Assembly: GCA_041580375.1 (NCBI GenBank)
Contig: JBFGDZ010000002.1
Coordinates: 1 to 47,259, forward strand
Length of the DNA: 47,259 nucleotides
Reading direction: 5' to 3'
From: Candidatus Polarisedimenticolia bacterium
GTDB lineage: Bacteria > Acidobacteriota > Polarisedimenticolia > Gp22-AA2
The translations under genes and the position numbers were made by a program. This document shows, in pieces, positions 1 through 10,576 of the stretch; position 1 is the first letter of the stretch, and each line of letters begins with the position of its first letter. The notes under the pieces are model-generated. The model had not been told where the DNA came from. It was given only the letters and a program-made list of their open reading frames with translations, and made no database searches.

Positions 1-724
<724 letters not shown>

Positions 725-728
725 CGCG

Positions 729-2582
729 TCAGAACCCCGTTTTCCGGCCCCTGTTCTGCTCGTCCAGCCAGGTCTTGAGGGGCGCGAAGTAGTCGAGCAT
801 CGCCGTCGCGTCGAGCCGGCCGGTTCCGGTCAGCGCCGCGAGCGCCTCCGGCCACGGCCGGCTCTGTCCCATCTCCAGCATCGCCCGGAGCCTCCGCCCC
901 GCCTCCTCGTTGCCGTAGATCGAGCAGCGGTGGAGCGGTCCCCGGTAGCCCGCCGCCTCGCACAGCGCGCGGTGGAACTGGAACTGCAGGATGGTCGAGA
1001 GGAAATAGCGCGTGTAGGGAACGTTGGCCGGGACGTGGTACTTGGCACCCGGATCGAAATCCTTCTCCGTGCGCCGCACGGGCGGCTCGATCCCCTGGTA
1101 CTTGCGACGCAGGTCCCACCATGCCGCGTTGTAGCGCTCGGGCGGGATCTCCCCCGAGAAGACCTTCCAACGCCACTGGTCGACCAGCAGCCCGAACGGG
1201 AGGAAAGCGACCTTGTCGAGCGCCATGCGCATCAGCAGCGCGAGATCGCCGTCGGAGCCCGGCACGCTGTCGATCAGACCGACCTTCTTCAGATACTCGG
1301 GCGTGACGGAGAGCGCGATGGTGTCCCCCACCGCCTCGTGGAAGCCGTCGTTGGCGCTGCCCTGGAAGAGAGGAGGCTGGTGCCGGTAGGCGCGCTGATA
1401 GATGTTGTGACCCAGCTCGTGGTGGATGGTGGAGAAGTCCTCGTCGTTGACCTGGATGCACATCTTGATGCGCAGGTCCTCCTGGTTGTCGATGTCCCAG
1501 GCGCTGGCGTGGCAGACGACGTCCCGATCGGAGGGCTTGACGAACAGCGAGCGCTGCCAGAAGGTGTCCGGTAGCGGCTCGAATCCGAGCGAGGTGAAGA
1601 ACCGCTCCCCGTATCGCACCATCTCGAGCTCGTCGACCTCGCGGGCGCGCAGGATCGAGGTGAGGTCGTACCCCCCCTTGCCCTCCGGCGGAGCGACGAG
1701 CGGGTAGATGTTCGTCCATCCCTGGCTCCACATGTTGCCGAGCAGGTGGGCGGGTATGCGGCCGTCCTTCGGGACGAGATCGGCTCCGTAGGTCTCTCCC
1801 AGCCGGGCGCGCACGTGGGCGTGCAGGGCGACGTAGAGCGGACGGACCTGCGTCCACAGGCGCTCCAGCTCGGCCGCGAAGGCGTCGGGCGGCATGTCGT
1901 ACCTGGACCGCCACATGATTCCCACGTCCCGGAATCCGAGCTCGCCCGCCCCCTTGTTCGACAGCTCGACGAAGCGGCGGTACTGGGCGCGCAACGGCGG
2001 CGAGATCGTCCGCCAGCCGCGCCAGAGATCCAGAAGGCGGTCGGGGTCCCGGCTCTCCGCCAGGATGCGGCTCATCGCGGTCAGATCGAGGCAGTCCTCG
2101 GTCCCGCCGGCCGGGCAGTAGCGGCCCTTCCCGTAGGTGCTTTCCATGGAGGCTGCGATCTCCGTGAGCTCGGCACGCTCCGCGTCGTTGTCCGGCGCCG
2201 GCATCGACAGGGAGAGCCTGAGGAGCATCAGCTTGCGCGCCACGTCCGCGGGGAGGTTGTCGCCCCGGAACCGCGCCGCCTCGAGCGCGTACTTCGTCGT
2301 CAGCGCGATGGCCTGCTCCTGCATCTCGGCGGCCATCTTTTCGGTGTCCTCGGTGATGAAGTTCGACTGAATCCAGCTGGCCCGACTGGATCGGATCCAG
2401 ATGGTGTTGAGATCCCGTTCCGCCTTCTCCAGGAACCTGCGGGCCTCCTCGGCGGTCCCGGCCCCGGTCTCGTAGGACCGGGCCGAAGCGTCGCCGCCCG
2501 CCGACAGGAGCATCGGCAGGAGCGCGGTGAGAACGAGACGGACGTGGGGGGCGAACGATCGTTTCCCGGACGTGGTGCGCAC
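729..2582 (-). CDS. M2 family metallopeptidase (peptidyl-dipeptidase A / angiotensin-converting-enzyme-like), secreted
   Basis: HHELGH zinc motif, [34 protein letters not shown]; N-terminal signal peptide; GGGAGG SD before the GTG start. Confidence 0.95.
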   Translation of the reverse strand: MRTTSGKRSFAPHVRLVLTALLPMLLSAGGDASARSYETGAGTAEEARRFLEKAERDLNTIWIRSSRASWIQSNFITEDTEKMAAEMQEQAIALTTKYALEAARFRGDNLPADVARKLMLLRLSLSMPAPDNDAERAELTEIAASMESTYGKGRYCPAGGTEDCLDLTAMSRILAESRDPDRLLDLWRGWRTISPPLRAQYRRFVELSNKGAGELGFRDVGIMWRSRYDMPPDAFAAELERLWTQVRPLYVALHAHVRARLGETYGADLVPKDGRIPAHLLGNMWSQGWTNIYPLVAPPEGKGGYDLTSILRAREVDELEMVRYGERFFTSLGFEPLPDTFWQRSLFVKPSDRDVVCHASAWDIDNQEDLRIKMCIQVNDEDFSTIHHELGHNIYQRAYRHQPPLFQGSANDGFHEAVGDTIALSVTPEYLKKVGLIDSVPGSDGDLALLMRMALDKVAFLPFGLLVDQWRWKVFSGEIPPERYNAAWWDLRRKYQGIEPPVRRTEKDFDPGAKYHVPANVPYTRYFLSTILQFQFHRALCEAAGYRGPLHRCSIYGNEEAGRRLRAMLEMGQSRPWPEALAALTGTGRLDATAMLDYFAPLKTWLDEQNRGRKTGF

Positions 2583-2652
2583 GATGACCTCCCTGGTCGA
2601 GTCGGACGGCTGCGTGAGAGGACCGCAACCTAGCGCGTCGCGGACCTTGACG

Positions 2653-3306
2653 TCAAGATGCGCCGTCGGAGCGCACGAACCGCCGCATGATCGGGCGGGT
2701 CGGCGAGCGGCGGGCCACCTCGCGGAAGCCGACGCGGGAGAAGGCGGAGTCGATGCCCGTGCAGGCGAACACGTCCGGCATCGGATCGCGCTTCGGCGCG
2801 ACCGGGTATCCCTCGACGATGCGGGCGCCGCGACGCCGGGCGTGCTCCGCGGCCGCGTCGAGCAGGGCCGTGGCGATCCCGCGCCGCCGCCAGTTCTTCG
2901 CCACGAAGAAGCACATCACCGACCAGACGGGCCGGTCGTCCACCGGCTGCAGGATGCGCGAGCGCGCCAGCGCCGGAAAGGCCTCGCGCGGCTCGATCGC
3001 GCACCAGGCCACCGGCTCCCGGCCCACATAGCCGAGGAGCCCCGGCACGCCGCCTTTGTCGATGAAGCGCTTCAGGGCGCGCCGGTTCCCCCCGCCCTTG
3101 TTGCGCTCGAACTGCGATCGCGTCTGCTTGTAGAGCATGCACCAGCAGCCGCCGCAGGCGCCGCGCTCGCCGAACAGGCGCACGAGATCGTCCCAGCGGT
3201 CCGGCGTGACGGGGCGCGCCACCAGGCGCGCCGCGGGACGGGCGGTCGCACGCCTGGAAGTCCGCCTCCCGGAGGACGGAGCCGGGAGGCCCGTTCTGCT
3301 GGTCAT
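2653..3306 (-). CDS. GNAT family N-acetyltransferase
   Basis: CFFVAKNWRRRGIATALL acetyl-CoA-binding motif A; GACGGCWCM and VEGYP segments typical of this GNAT subfamily. Confidence 0.85.
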   Translation of the reverse strand: MTSRTGLPAPSSGRRTSRRATARPAARLVARPVTPDRWDDLVRLFGERGACGGCWCMLYKQTRSQFERNKGGGNRRALKRFIDKGGVPGLLGYVGREPVAWCAIEPREAFPALARSRILQPVDDRPVWSVMCFFVAKNWRRRGIATALLDAAAEHARRRGARIVEGYPVAPKRDPMPDVFACTGIDSAFSRVGFREVARRSPTRPIMRRFVRSDGAS

Positions 3307-3438
3307 GGCGTCGACTCCATGGGCGCCGCGATCCTAGCACCGGCGGGGCCGGCCCGGAGCCGCCGGCGCGCGGATGTCCATCGCCTGGAGGAGGGTGTAT
3401 CATCCTCCGCCGGACGTCGGGAAAGCGGGAGAAACGAA

Positions 3439-4893
3439 ATGACACACCGATCCACCATGGTCTTCGTCGCCGCGGCGCTGACCTCCGCCGCGCTGATCGT
3501 CGCCGCCTGCGCCACCAATCCGGTGACCGGCCGCCGCGAGCTCGCGCTCGTCACCCAGTCGCAGGAGATCCAGATAGGCCGGGAGGGATCGCGCGACGTG
3601 GCGCGCTCCATCGGCCTCTACCCGGACCAGGGCCTCCAGGACTACGTCGATGGCCTGGGCAAGAGGCTCGCGTCCCGATCGGAGCGCCCCGACCTGCCGT
3701 GGTCCTTCCAGGTCGCGGACGATCCGGCGGTGAACGCGTTCGCGTTTCCGGGCGGCTTCATCTTCGTGACGCGGGGGATCCTGGCCCACATGAACTCGGA
3801 GGCGGAGCTGGTGGCCGTCCTGGGGCACGAAATCGGGCACGTGACCGCGCGCCATTCCGTGCAGCAGATCAGCAAGGCGCAGCTGGCGCAGATCACGCTG
3901 GGCGTCGGCTCCATACTCAGCGACGATTTCCGACGGTTCGGCGACCTCGCCGGCACGGGTCTGGGCCTGCTGTTCCTCAAGTTCGGGCGCGACGACGAGC
4001 GCCAGGCGGACGACCTCGGCTTCCGCTACGCACTTCGCGGCGGCTTCGATCCGCGCGAGATGGTCCCGATCTTTCAGACCCTTCAGCGGGTGAGCGCCGG
4101 GGCGGGATCCGAGCGCCTGCCGCAGTGGCTGTCGACGCACCCGGATCCGGAGAACCGCATCGCCCGCACGGAGGAGCGGGTCCGCGTCACGCCGATCCCG
4201 CCGAGCGGACTGCGGGTCGGGAGGGAGGACTACCTGGCCCGGCTCGAGGGGATGACGTTCGGAGACGACCCCCGCAAGGGCTACTTCAAGGGGGAGGTCT
4301 TCTACCATCCGGACCTCGAGTTCCGGCTCTCGTTCCCCGGCGGCTGGAAGACGCGCAACGGCCTCTCCGCCGTCACGGCCATGAGCCCGAAGGAGGATGC
4401 CGCGTTCGTGCTGACCCTGGCGGGAGAGGATCCGCCGTCCGCGGCGGCAGCGAAATTCCTGTCCCAGCAGGGGATGATCGCCGGCCCCACGTCCACCGAC
4501 GCGATCCACGGCCTCGCCGCGGCCTCCGCGCCCTTCGCGATCACGACCGACCGCGGGCGGCTGGCGGGGCGGGTCGCCTTCGTCTCCCTCGGGGGCCGGA
4601 CCTACCGGATGCTGGGATACTCGGCGGAGGAGAACGAGCCGGGCTATAGAAACGCGGTGCTCGCCTCGATCCGGAGCTTCCAGAGGCTCACCGACCGCGC
4701 GGCGCTCGCCGTGACCCCGGCGACGCTGCGGATCGTCACCCTGGATCGCGACATGACGCTCGAGGAGTTCCACAAACGCCGGCCGTCGACCGTGCCGCTC
4801 GAGACGATCGCCCTGATCAACGGGCGCGCGCCGGGGGACCGGCTCGCCGCGGGGACCGCGGTGAAGCGCGTCACCGGAGGCACCCTCCCCTGA
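3439..4893 (+). CDS. M48 family zinc metalloprotease (BepA/YfgC-like lipoprotein) with C-terminal extension
   Basis: Lipobox VAAC-ATNPVTG, NAFAFPGG, HEIGH, ERQADDLG, LSTHP. Start moved to ATG 3439 inside ORF 2527..4893. Confidence 0.9.
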   Translation: MTHRSTMVFVAAALTSAALIVAACATNPVTGRRELALVTQSQEIQIGREGSRDVARSIGLYPDQGLQDYVDGLGKRLASRSERPDLPWSFQVADDPAVNAFAFPGGFIFVTRGILAHMNSEAELVAVLGHEIGHVTARHSVQQISKAQLAQITLGVGSILSDDFRRFGDLAGTGLGLLFLKFGRDDERQADDLGFRYALRGGFDPREMVPIFQTLQRVSAGAGSERLPQWLSTHPDPENRIARTEERVRVTPIPPSGLRVGREDYLARLEGMTFGDDPRKGYFKGEVFYHPDLEFRLSFPGGWKTRNGLSAVTAMSPKEDAAFVLTLAGEDPPSAAAAKFLSQQGMIAGPTSTDAIHGLAAASAPFAITTDRGRLAGRVAFVSLGGRTYRMLGYSAEENEPGYRNAVLASIRSFQRLTDRAALAVTPATLRIVTLDRDMTLEEFHKRRPSTVPLETIALINGRAPGDRLAAGTAVKRVTGGTLP

Positions 4894-5825
4894 CGCGCGC
4901 GGCCGGCGCCGCGGCCGGAGGGCCGGCCGAGGCATCCTCCTCCTCGATCGGAAACGATCTCGAACTGCTCTCCGTCGTGCTCTTCTGGGCGTTCAACCTC
5001 GTCGTCGTCAAAATCGCACTCCTCGAGATGACGCCCCTGGCCTTCAACATCATCCGCTTCGTGTGCGCATCGGGCATCCTCCTCCTGCTGACACGCGCCC
5101 GGGAGGGATCGCTGCGCGTGCCCCGCGAGGACTGGGGGCGGCTCGCGCTGCTGGGCTTCATCGGGCACACCGTGTACCAGATCTGCTTCATCGAGGGGAT
5201 CGCGCGCACGACGGCCTCGAGCGTGGCGCTCATCTTCGGAAGCACGCCGGTCTCGGTGGCGCTGATGTCGCATCTGTCGAAGCACGAGCGCATCCGCCTC
5301 AGCGGCGCGGCGGGAGCCGTCCTGGGCTTCTACGGCGTCTACCTCATCGTGCGGGGTCGCGCGGGCGAGGCGGGAGTCGCGGGAGGCTCCCTCGTCGGCA
5401 ATCTCCTGATCGTGGGCGCGGTGATCTGCTGGTCGGCCTACACGGTGGCGGCGCGCGGGCTCCTGCAGCGCCACTCTCCCCTTCGGGTGACCGCCCTCAC
5501 GGTGCTCGTCGGGACGATCTTCATGATCCCGGCCTCGCTCCCGGCGGTCGCGGCGCAGGACTGGGGGGCGGTCTCCCCGATCAGCTGGGCGGGGCTCGCC
5601 TACTCCTTCGTCTTCGCACTCGTGATCTGCTACGTGCTGTGGTACCGGTCGGTGAAGAAGGTCGGCAACGTCCGCACGGCCGTCTACTCCAATCTCGTGC
5701 CGGTGTTCGGCACGATGTTCGGCGTGTGGCTTCTGGGGGACCGGCTCACGGCGGGGCTCTGGATCGGAGCGGCGTGCATTCTGGGAGGGATCGTCCTGAC
5801 GCGGCTCGATCGGCGCGGCGCGTGA
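4890..5825 (+). CDS. DMT/EamA family transporter (probable CTG start at 4890; ORF track start is 4977)
   Basis: About 10 hydrophobic segments with two EamA repeats (FWAFNLVVVK; ICWSAYTV; YSNLVPVF). The frame is open back to CTG 4890, which overlaps the upstream TGA and has GGAGG 9 nt before it. Confidence 0.85.
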   Translation: MTRAAGAAAGGPAEASSSSIGNDLELLSVVLFWAFNLVVVKIALLEMTPLAFNIIRFVCASGILLLLTRAREGSLRVPREDWGRLALLGFIGHTVYQICFIEGIARTTASSVALIFGSTPVSVALMSHLSKHERIRLSGAAGAVLGFYGVYLIVRGRAGEAGVAGGSLVGNLLIVGAVICWSAYTVAARGLLQRHSPLRVTALTVLVGTIFMIPASLPAVAAQDWGAVSPISWAGLAYSFVFALVICYVLWYRSVKKVGNVRTAVYSNLVPVFGTMFGVWLLGDRLTAGLWIGAACILGGIVLTRLDRRGA

Positions 5826-5838
5826 CGGGCCGTCCGGG

Positions 5839-6228
5839 TCAGGCGGGCTCCTGCAGGGCCCGTCTCTCGGCGGCGGTCAGCGGCCGGGAACGCCCCGTCT
5901 CCGGATCGCGGACGACCACGACGACGCTGGCGCGCGCTGCGATCTCCCCGTCCTTCGTCGCGATCTCCTCCTCCGTGTGGATGCTGGAGTTGCCGATCTT
6001 CTTCAGGCGGCAGCGGACGACGACCTCGTCGTCCTTCTGGCGCAGCTCCCGCTCGAAGTCGATGGAGATGTGCGCGAGAACGTAGTCCAGCGGATGGCCG
6101 CGCTCGTCGAACAGGCTCATCAGCCACTCGTCCCGCAGCTCCTCCAGATAGGTCAGGAAGACGGCATTGTTGACGTGGGCGTAGGCGTCCATGTCGCGCC
6201 AGCGGATCTCGATCCTCTTCTCTCGCAT
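5839..6228 (-). CDS. acyl-CoA thioesterase (4HBT/YbgC hot-dog family)
   Basis: IRWRDMDAYAHVNNAVFLTYLEE signature. Confidence 0.9.
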   Translation of the reverse strand: MREKRIEIRWRDMDAYAHVNNAVFLTYLEELRDEWLMSLFDERGHPLDYVLAHISIDFERELRQKDDEVVVRCRLKKIGNSSIHTEEEIATKDGEIAARASVVVVVRDPETGRSRPLTAAERRALQEPA

Positions 6229-6253
6229 GGCCCCCTCGAGGCGCGGGATCCTA

Positions 6254-6772
6254 TCACTCCGCCGCGGCGAAGAGGCGCGCCGGCAGACTGCCCTCCAGCT
6301 CCAGGAGCATCCGCTTGACCTCGAGGCCGCCGCCGAATCCGGTCAGGGAGCCGTCGGCGCCGATCACCCGGTGGCAGGGGACGACCAGGCAGATCGGATT
6401 GGTCGCGTTGGCCCGTCCGACGGCGCGGATCGCGGAGGGCCGTCCGAGACGCGCCGCCAGATCGCGGTAGGAGAGAGTGGAGCCGTAGGGGATCGCGCGC
6501 AGCGCCCCCCAGACGGCGCGCTGGAACGCGCTCCCGTCGAGGGCGACGTCCAGTTCGAACTCGCGGCGCTCGCGGCGGAAGTACTCGCCGACCTGATCGA
6601 CGACCGGGCGCAGGCGGTCCGCGTTCCGCACGACCGGGCCGCGCAGCCCGGCCTCGAGGTCGCCGGGCCGGAGGTCCCCCGCGAACAGGAGCCGCACGAC
6701 GTGACCGCGCGGATCGACTGCGGCGAAGATGTCGCCCGCGGGCGAGGGAAACAGGTGCGCGTAGGTGGTCAT
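6254..6772 (-). CDS. ogt: methylated-DNA--protein-cysteine S-methyltransferase
   Basis: FQRAVW..IPYG, RAVGRANATNP, PCHRV active site; ATG at 6772 overlaps the alkA stop (ATGA). Confidence 0.93.
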   Translation of the reverse strand: MTTYAHLFPSPAGDIFAAVDPRGHVVRLLFAGDLRPGDLEAGLRGPVVRNADRLRPVVDQVGEYFRRERREFELDVALDGSAFQRAVWGALRAIPYGSTLSYRDLAARLGRPSAIRAVGRANATNPICLVVPCHRVIGADGSLTGFGGGLEVKRMLLELEGSLPARLFAAAE

Positions 6773-7740
6773 GCCGGTCCTCCGAGAGTCATCCACAGAT
6801 GGAAGGTCGCCAGGCTCCGGTGAGGAGCGTAGGGTCGCATCAAGCGCCGGGTCGCGGCGGCATCGGGCCGCCGCCGCAGCCGGTGGAGCCGCCCGAGGGC
6901 GGAGACGAGCCCGGCATCGCCGACCGGGACGCAGTCGGCGAAGCCGCAGGCACGCATCATCACATAGTGAGCCGTCCACGGGCCGATCCCGCGGATACCG
7001 GTCATGATCCTCTCCACCGAGGCGGGCGGACGACGTGCGAGCCCCTCGATCTCCAGACCGCCGGAGGCGATGAGCCGCGCCGCGTCAATCAGATACTCCG
7101 CCTTGCGCCTCGAGAACTGGCGACGGGTGAGATCGGCGTAGTCGAGGCGGGCGACGGCGGACGGCGTCGGGTGGGCCGTCAGCGCCGGACCGGCCGCCGC
7201 CAGCGGCTCGCCGACGAGATCGATGAGCCGCCGTCGCAGCCGGAAGGCGAAGGGGAGGTTCACCTGCTGGCCGAGGATCGCCCAGACGAGTCCCTCGAAC
7301 ACGGTCGGGGTGAGCGGGATGCGCAGCCCCCGGCGCGCGCGCACGATCGGTGCGAGCCGGGTCGATCGGAGCGCGCGACGCTCGAACGGTGCAACGTCGA
7401 GCCCGAGCCCGAGCAGCCGCCGGACGAGGGCGCGCGCCTCCGACGCGGCGCGCGGGGCCGCCGCCAGAAAGCCCCGCGCCCGGCACCGCGCGCGCCGCCG
7501 CTCGAGATCGATCGAGAGCAGCGCCGGCCGGCCGACCAGCCGGATCGCGCGCAGGAGCCGCCGGCCGATCACCCGCTCGGTCGGGCTCTCGGGATCCCGG
7601 CCGTGGAAACGCAGCATGTCGCGCACGCGGAAGTCGCGGGGCAGGGAGATGGCGAAGGAGACATCCCCCGGCGCCGCCGCCGCGCGCGTCGGTCGCGTCG
7701 CCGGGACCCCGGGATCGTCCAGAATGATCGTCGTCATCAC
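6769..7740 (-). CDS. alkA: DNA-3-methyladenine glycosylase II (AlkA N-terminal plus HhH-GPD domains)
   Basis: FEGLVWAILGQQV, helix-hairpin-helix IRGIGPWTAHY, DCVPVGD, PHRSLATFHLW. Confidence 0.9.
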   Translation of the reverse strand: MMTTIILDDPGVPATRPTRAAAAPGDVSFAISLPRDFRVRDMLRFHGRDPESPTERVIGRRLLRAIRLVGRPALLSIDLERRRARCRARGFLAAAPRAASEARALVRRLLGLGLDVAPFERRALRSTRLAPIVRARRGLRIPLTPTVFEGLVWAILGQQVNLPFAFRLRRRLIDLVGEPLAAAGPALTAHPTPSAVARLDYADLTRRQFSRRKAEYLIDAARLIASGGLEIEGLARRPPASVERIMTGIRGIGPWTAHYVMMRACGFADCVPVGDAGLVSALGRLHRLRRRPDAAATRRLMRPYAPHRSLATFHLWMTLGGPA

Positions 7741-7895
7741 GGTGTGGGCCCTTCCTCGCCGGTCGTTCTCACTCTTATACGCCGCGGCCCGGGAGACAGG
7801 TGCTCTCGCGACGGCTCCCTGTAAAATGATAGCCGGGCCGTCGATCCGGCGCTCGGGGCCCGATGCGCGAGGACCGTTCGTGGAGGGGCCGGAAC

Positions 7896-10406
7896 ATGAA
7901 GGGACGATGTCCGTCGGCGATCATCCTGCTCGCGGGGGTTCTCTGTCTCGGATCATCGGGGGACGTCGGAACCGGGGATCTGGCCGGGGAGATCCTCGAT
8001 CTGCCCCCCCCGCCTCCCGACTGGGAGCCGTACGTCGACTCCGCCCTGATCCCTCTCATTCTGGGGAGCCCGCGGGAGATCGAGGAGGCGCCCGGCGACG
8101 GAGCGTCCGTCGAGGTGCTGCTGGCGTTCTGGGGCCGGATGGCCCAGGTCCGCGCCGACGCGGAGCCGTCCCCCGCGACGCGGGAACGCCTGCTCGACGG
8201 CGTCGAGGCGCGGCCCGGGCTCCTGCCGGCTTTGCTGAGGTTCCTTCCCGACACGCCCGAGGCGCACGACCGGGTCCGCGCGCTGCTCGAGGGATCGCCG
8301 AATCTCCGGCGCGACGATCGGGCGCGCATCGAGGTGCGCTCGTGGCTCATGCGTCGCAGCCGGCACTTCCGGCGCGAACTGATCGCGTCCGCCACGCAGG
8401 CGGCCGACGAGGACGGCGGGATCCGCGGGCGCGAGGACCTCGAGGCGCTCTCCCGTCTCGACTGGCACGCGGCCGAGCCCGTCCTCAAGGCGCACGCCGC
8501 CGGCCAGCATCCCCGCCTCGCGGTCCTGTCGGTCGCTCTTCTCCACAACCACGCCGTCGAGGCGGGACGCTGGGAGGAGGTGGACGTCCTCCGGGCCCGT
8601 CTGATCAAGACCGCCGCGGATCGCGACGCTCCGGGCCGCGGCCGCGACGTGGCGATCGACGCGCTGATGACCTCCGACTGGATCGGGCGCGACGAATGGT
8701 TCCTGTCGCTCCTCGGCGACGGCACGCTGCGACGTCTCCACGACGGGATCTACGTGCTGACCCCGCTTCAGGACGCCGTGGCGCGCGATCCCGGACGCCT
8801 CATCCCGCGCGTGGCGGCGCGCATCGGCAATCCGGATCGCACGATCCACGACAACGCCGTGGCCTGCCTGGCCCACTTCCACCTGGGACGCGCCCGGCGC
8901 GACGCGCTCGAGCCCCTGTTGCCGTGGATCGAGGATCCGACGTGGTCCTCCGCCGGCTCCGGATGGTCGCCCGGCTACCGCCTGAGGATTCTCCAGAGCC
9001 TCGATCGGTTCGACATGCCCGACTGCATCCCCGGATTGATGCGGGTCGTGCGGGAGGAGAGCGGTCTGTACCGCGAGGCCGCGGCCCGCGCCCTGTCGCG
9101 CTACTGCGCGCCCGAGAGCTTCACCGCGCTGCGCGAGGCGTTCCTCCGCGAGCCGGAGGAGGCGCGCCGCCGCGCGGTGCTCCGCGCCCTGGTCGACTGC
9201 GGCGCCCTGACGGATCGCGAGGTGGCGCGCGCCATCGTGGCGTTCGCGCACAGCGCATCGAGCGCGGGCGGTCGCGCCGCGATCGAGCGGGTCCGGACGC
9301 GCTCGCACGATCCGGAGTTCCGTCTGGAGGACGACGTGAGCATGGGAATGCTGTTCAGCGAGGAGGCGACGCCGGGCGAGGGGGCCGCGGCGCTCGTTCT
9401 GCGCGAGATGGAGCGGCTCGAGCGCGACCATCCGGAGGCGGCGTGGCTGATGGCGGACATGGCGCGGACGTGGGATCGCGACGCGAGCCGTACCTGGCTG
9501 CTCGGCCGCATCGAGGGCGGGCGGGGCGGCGCCGGCGATCTCCTTCCGCTCCTGCAGCGCCGCGACGCCGTGGCGGGGCGCCATGAGCCTCGTCTGCGGA
9601 GCTGGCTCTCGTCGGGCGGGACGACGGCGGGGCTCGCCGCCGTTCTCCTGGGCGACCGGCGGGCGATGATCAAGCTGCTCTCCGGTGACGATCCGGAGGC
9701 GCTGACCGCGATGCTGGCGGCGGCCGCGCTCGTCCGGGAGCCGCTGCCGATCGATCGCGTCGGCGCGTGGGTGGCGGAGAGCGGAACGCTGCTCGGGCGT
9801 GCCGCCCGGCGCTACCTCGAGACGGAGGACGGCGAAAGGGCCGAGGCCCTCCTCGAATCGATCCCCGGGAGCGCGCCGGTCATCCTCGGGTACAGGCCCC
9901 CGCCGCCGCGCACGAACGGCGCCATCCGCGACATGACGTTCGACGTCTGGGAGGCGATGCTGCGCGAGGAGGTGCTCGACCCGAAGGGCCCGGACGAGGT
10001 CCACGCCCTCCTCAGCCGGTATCTGATCCACGACGTCGCGGTGACCAATGCCGGCGGCGAGCACCTGATCCTGCGCGTCTGGGACGATCGAGCGACGCTC
10101 ACCATCCATCGGGAGCGCGCCGGCGAGACCGTGCGCACGATCCCGGACGACGCGGTCGCGCGATTTCGCGAGACGCTCGAGTTGGAGCGGGTCGCCGCCC
10201 TCCCCTCCCTGATCGCGCCGCAGATCACGGGGCCCGAGTACGAGTACCTCCGGATCGATCGGTCGTCCGGCCGGCGCGTGCTGATCCGGGCGTTCGAAGA
10301 CGGCACGGTCGGCTCGCCGTATGGACGTTTGAAGGAGGCGTTCCGGAGCCTCCGCGACGCGCCGCCGGACGGTCCGGCCTTCCGCGCCGTGCCGCCCTGG
10401 GCGTGA
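7896..10406 (+). CDS. large exported hypothetical protein with HEAT/PBS-like helical repeats
   Basis: Long ORF with host-like codon use; GGAGG 9 nt before ATG 7896; hydrophobic N-terminus; segments such as LYREAAARALSRY and ARRRAVLRALVD. Confidence 0.65.
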   Translation: MKGRCPSAIILLAGVLCLGSSGDVGTGDLAGEILDLPPPPPDWEPYVDSALIPLILGSPREIEEAPGDGASVEVLLAFWGRMAQVRADAEPSPATRERLLDGVEARPGLLPALLRFLPDTPEAHDRVRALLEGSPNLRRDDRARIEVRSWLMRRSRHFRRELIASATQAADEDGGIRGREDLEALSRLDWHAAEPVLKAHAAGQHPRLAVLSVALLHNHAVEAGRWEEVDVLRARLIKTAADRDAPGRGRDVAIDALMTSDWIGRDEWFLSLLGDGTLRRLHDGIYVLTPLQDAVARDPGRLIPRVAARIGNPDRTIHDNAVACLAHFHLGRARRDALEPLLPWIEDPTWSSAGSGWSPGYRLRILQSLDRFDMPDCIPGLMRVVREESGLYREAAARALSRYCAPESFTALREAFLREPEEARRRAVLRALVDCGALTDREVARAIVAFAHSASSAGGRAAIERVRTRSHDPEFRLEDDVSMGMLFSEEATPGEGAAALVLREMERLERDHPEAAWLMADMARTWDRDASRTWLLGRIEGGRGGAGDLLPLLQRRDAVAGRHEPRLRSWLSSGGTTAGLAAVLLGDRRAMIKLLSGDDPEALTAMLAAAALVREPLPIDRVGAWVAESGTLLGRAARRYLETEDGERAEALLESIPGSAPVILGYRPPPPRTNGAIRDMTFDVWEAMLREEVLDPKGPDEVHALLSRYLIHDVAVTNAGGEHLILRVWDDRATLTIHRERAGETVRTIPDDAVARFRETLELERVAALPSLIAPQITGPEYEYLRIDRSSGRRVLIRAFEDGTVGSPYGRLKEAFRSLRDAPPDGPAFRAVPPWA

Positions 10407-10422
10407 GTCCCGCGCGAGGCGC

Positions 10423-10428
10423 TATAAT
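10423..10428 (+). promoter_or_regulatory. -10 box of the tRNA promoter
   Basis: Perfect TATAAT 21 nt upstream of the tRNA in a very GC-rich background. Confidence 0.6.
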
Positions 10429-10449
10429 CGGCCTGCGTCAGGCCCTCGG

Positions 10450-10524
10450 GGGCCCATAGCTCAGCCTGGTCAGAGCAGCTGACTCATAATCAGTTGGTCC
10501 CTGGTTCGAATCCAGGTGGGCCCA
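10450..10524 (+). tRNA. tRNA with CAT anticodon, most likely tRNA-Ile2 (lysidine-modified); CCA not encoded
   Basis: Acceptor stem GGGCCCA/TGGGCCC+A; D-arm AGCTCAG..GGTCAGAGC; anticodon arm GCTGA-CTCATAA-TCAGT; T-arm GGTTCGAATCC. It lacks initiator features (three G-C pairs in the anticodon stem, C1 mismatch) and resembles ileX-type tRNAs. Confidence 0.93.
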
Positions 10525-10537
10525 ATCCGAGCTACCG

Positions 10538-10568
10538 GCGCCCGATCGATCGTCGACCGATCGGGCGC
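10538..10568. terminator. perfect 11-bp hairpin between the convergent tRNA and amidohydrolase genes
   Basis: GCGCCCGATCG-N9-CGATCGGGCGC; no U-tract. Confidence 0.45.
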
Positions 10569-10576
10569 GCGCGGCG

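Noticed and set aside
10450-10524. tRNA as an integration site for a genomic island
   Set aside because: I found no duplicated tRNA 3' end and no integrase in the window.
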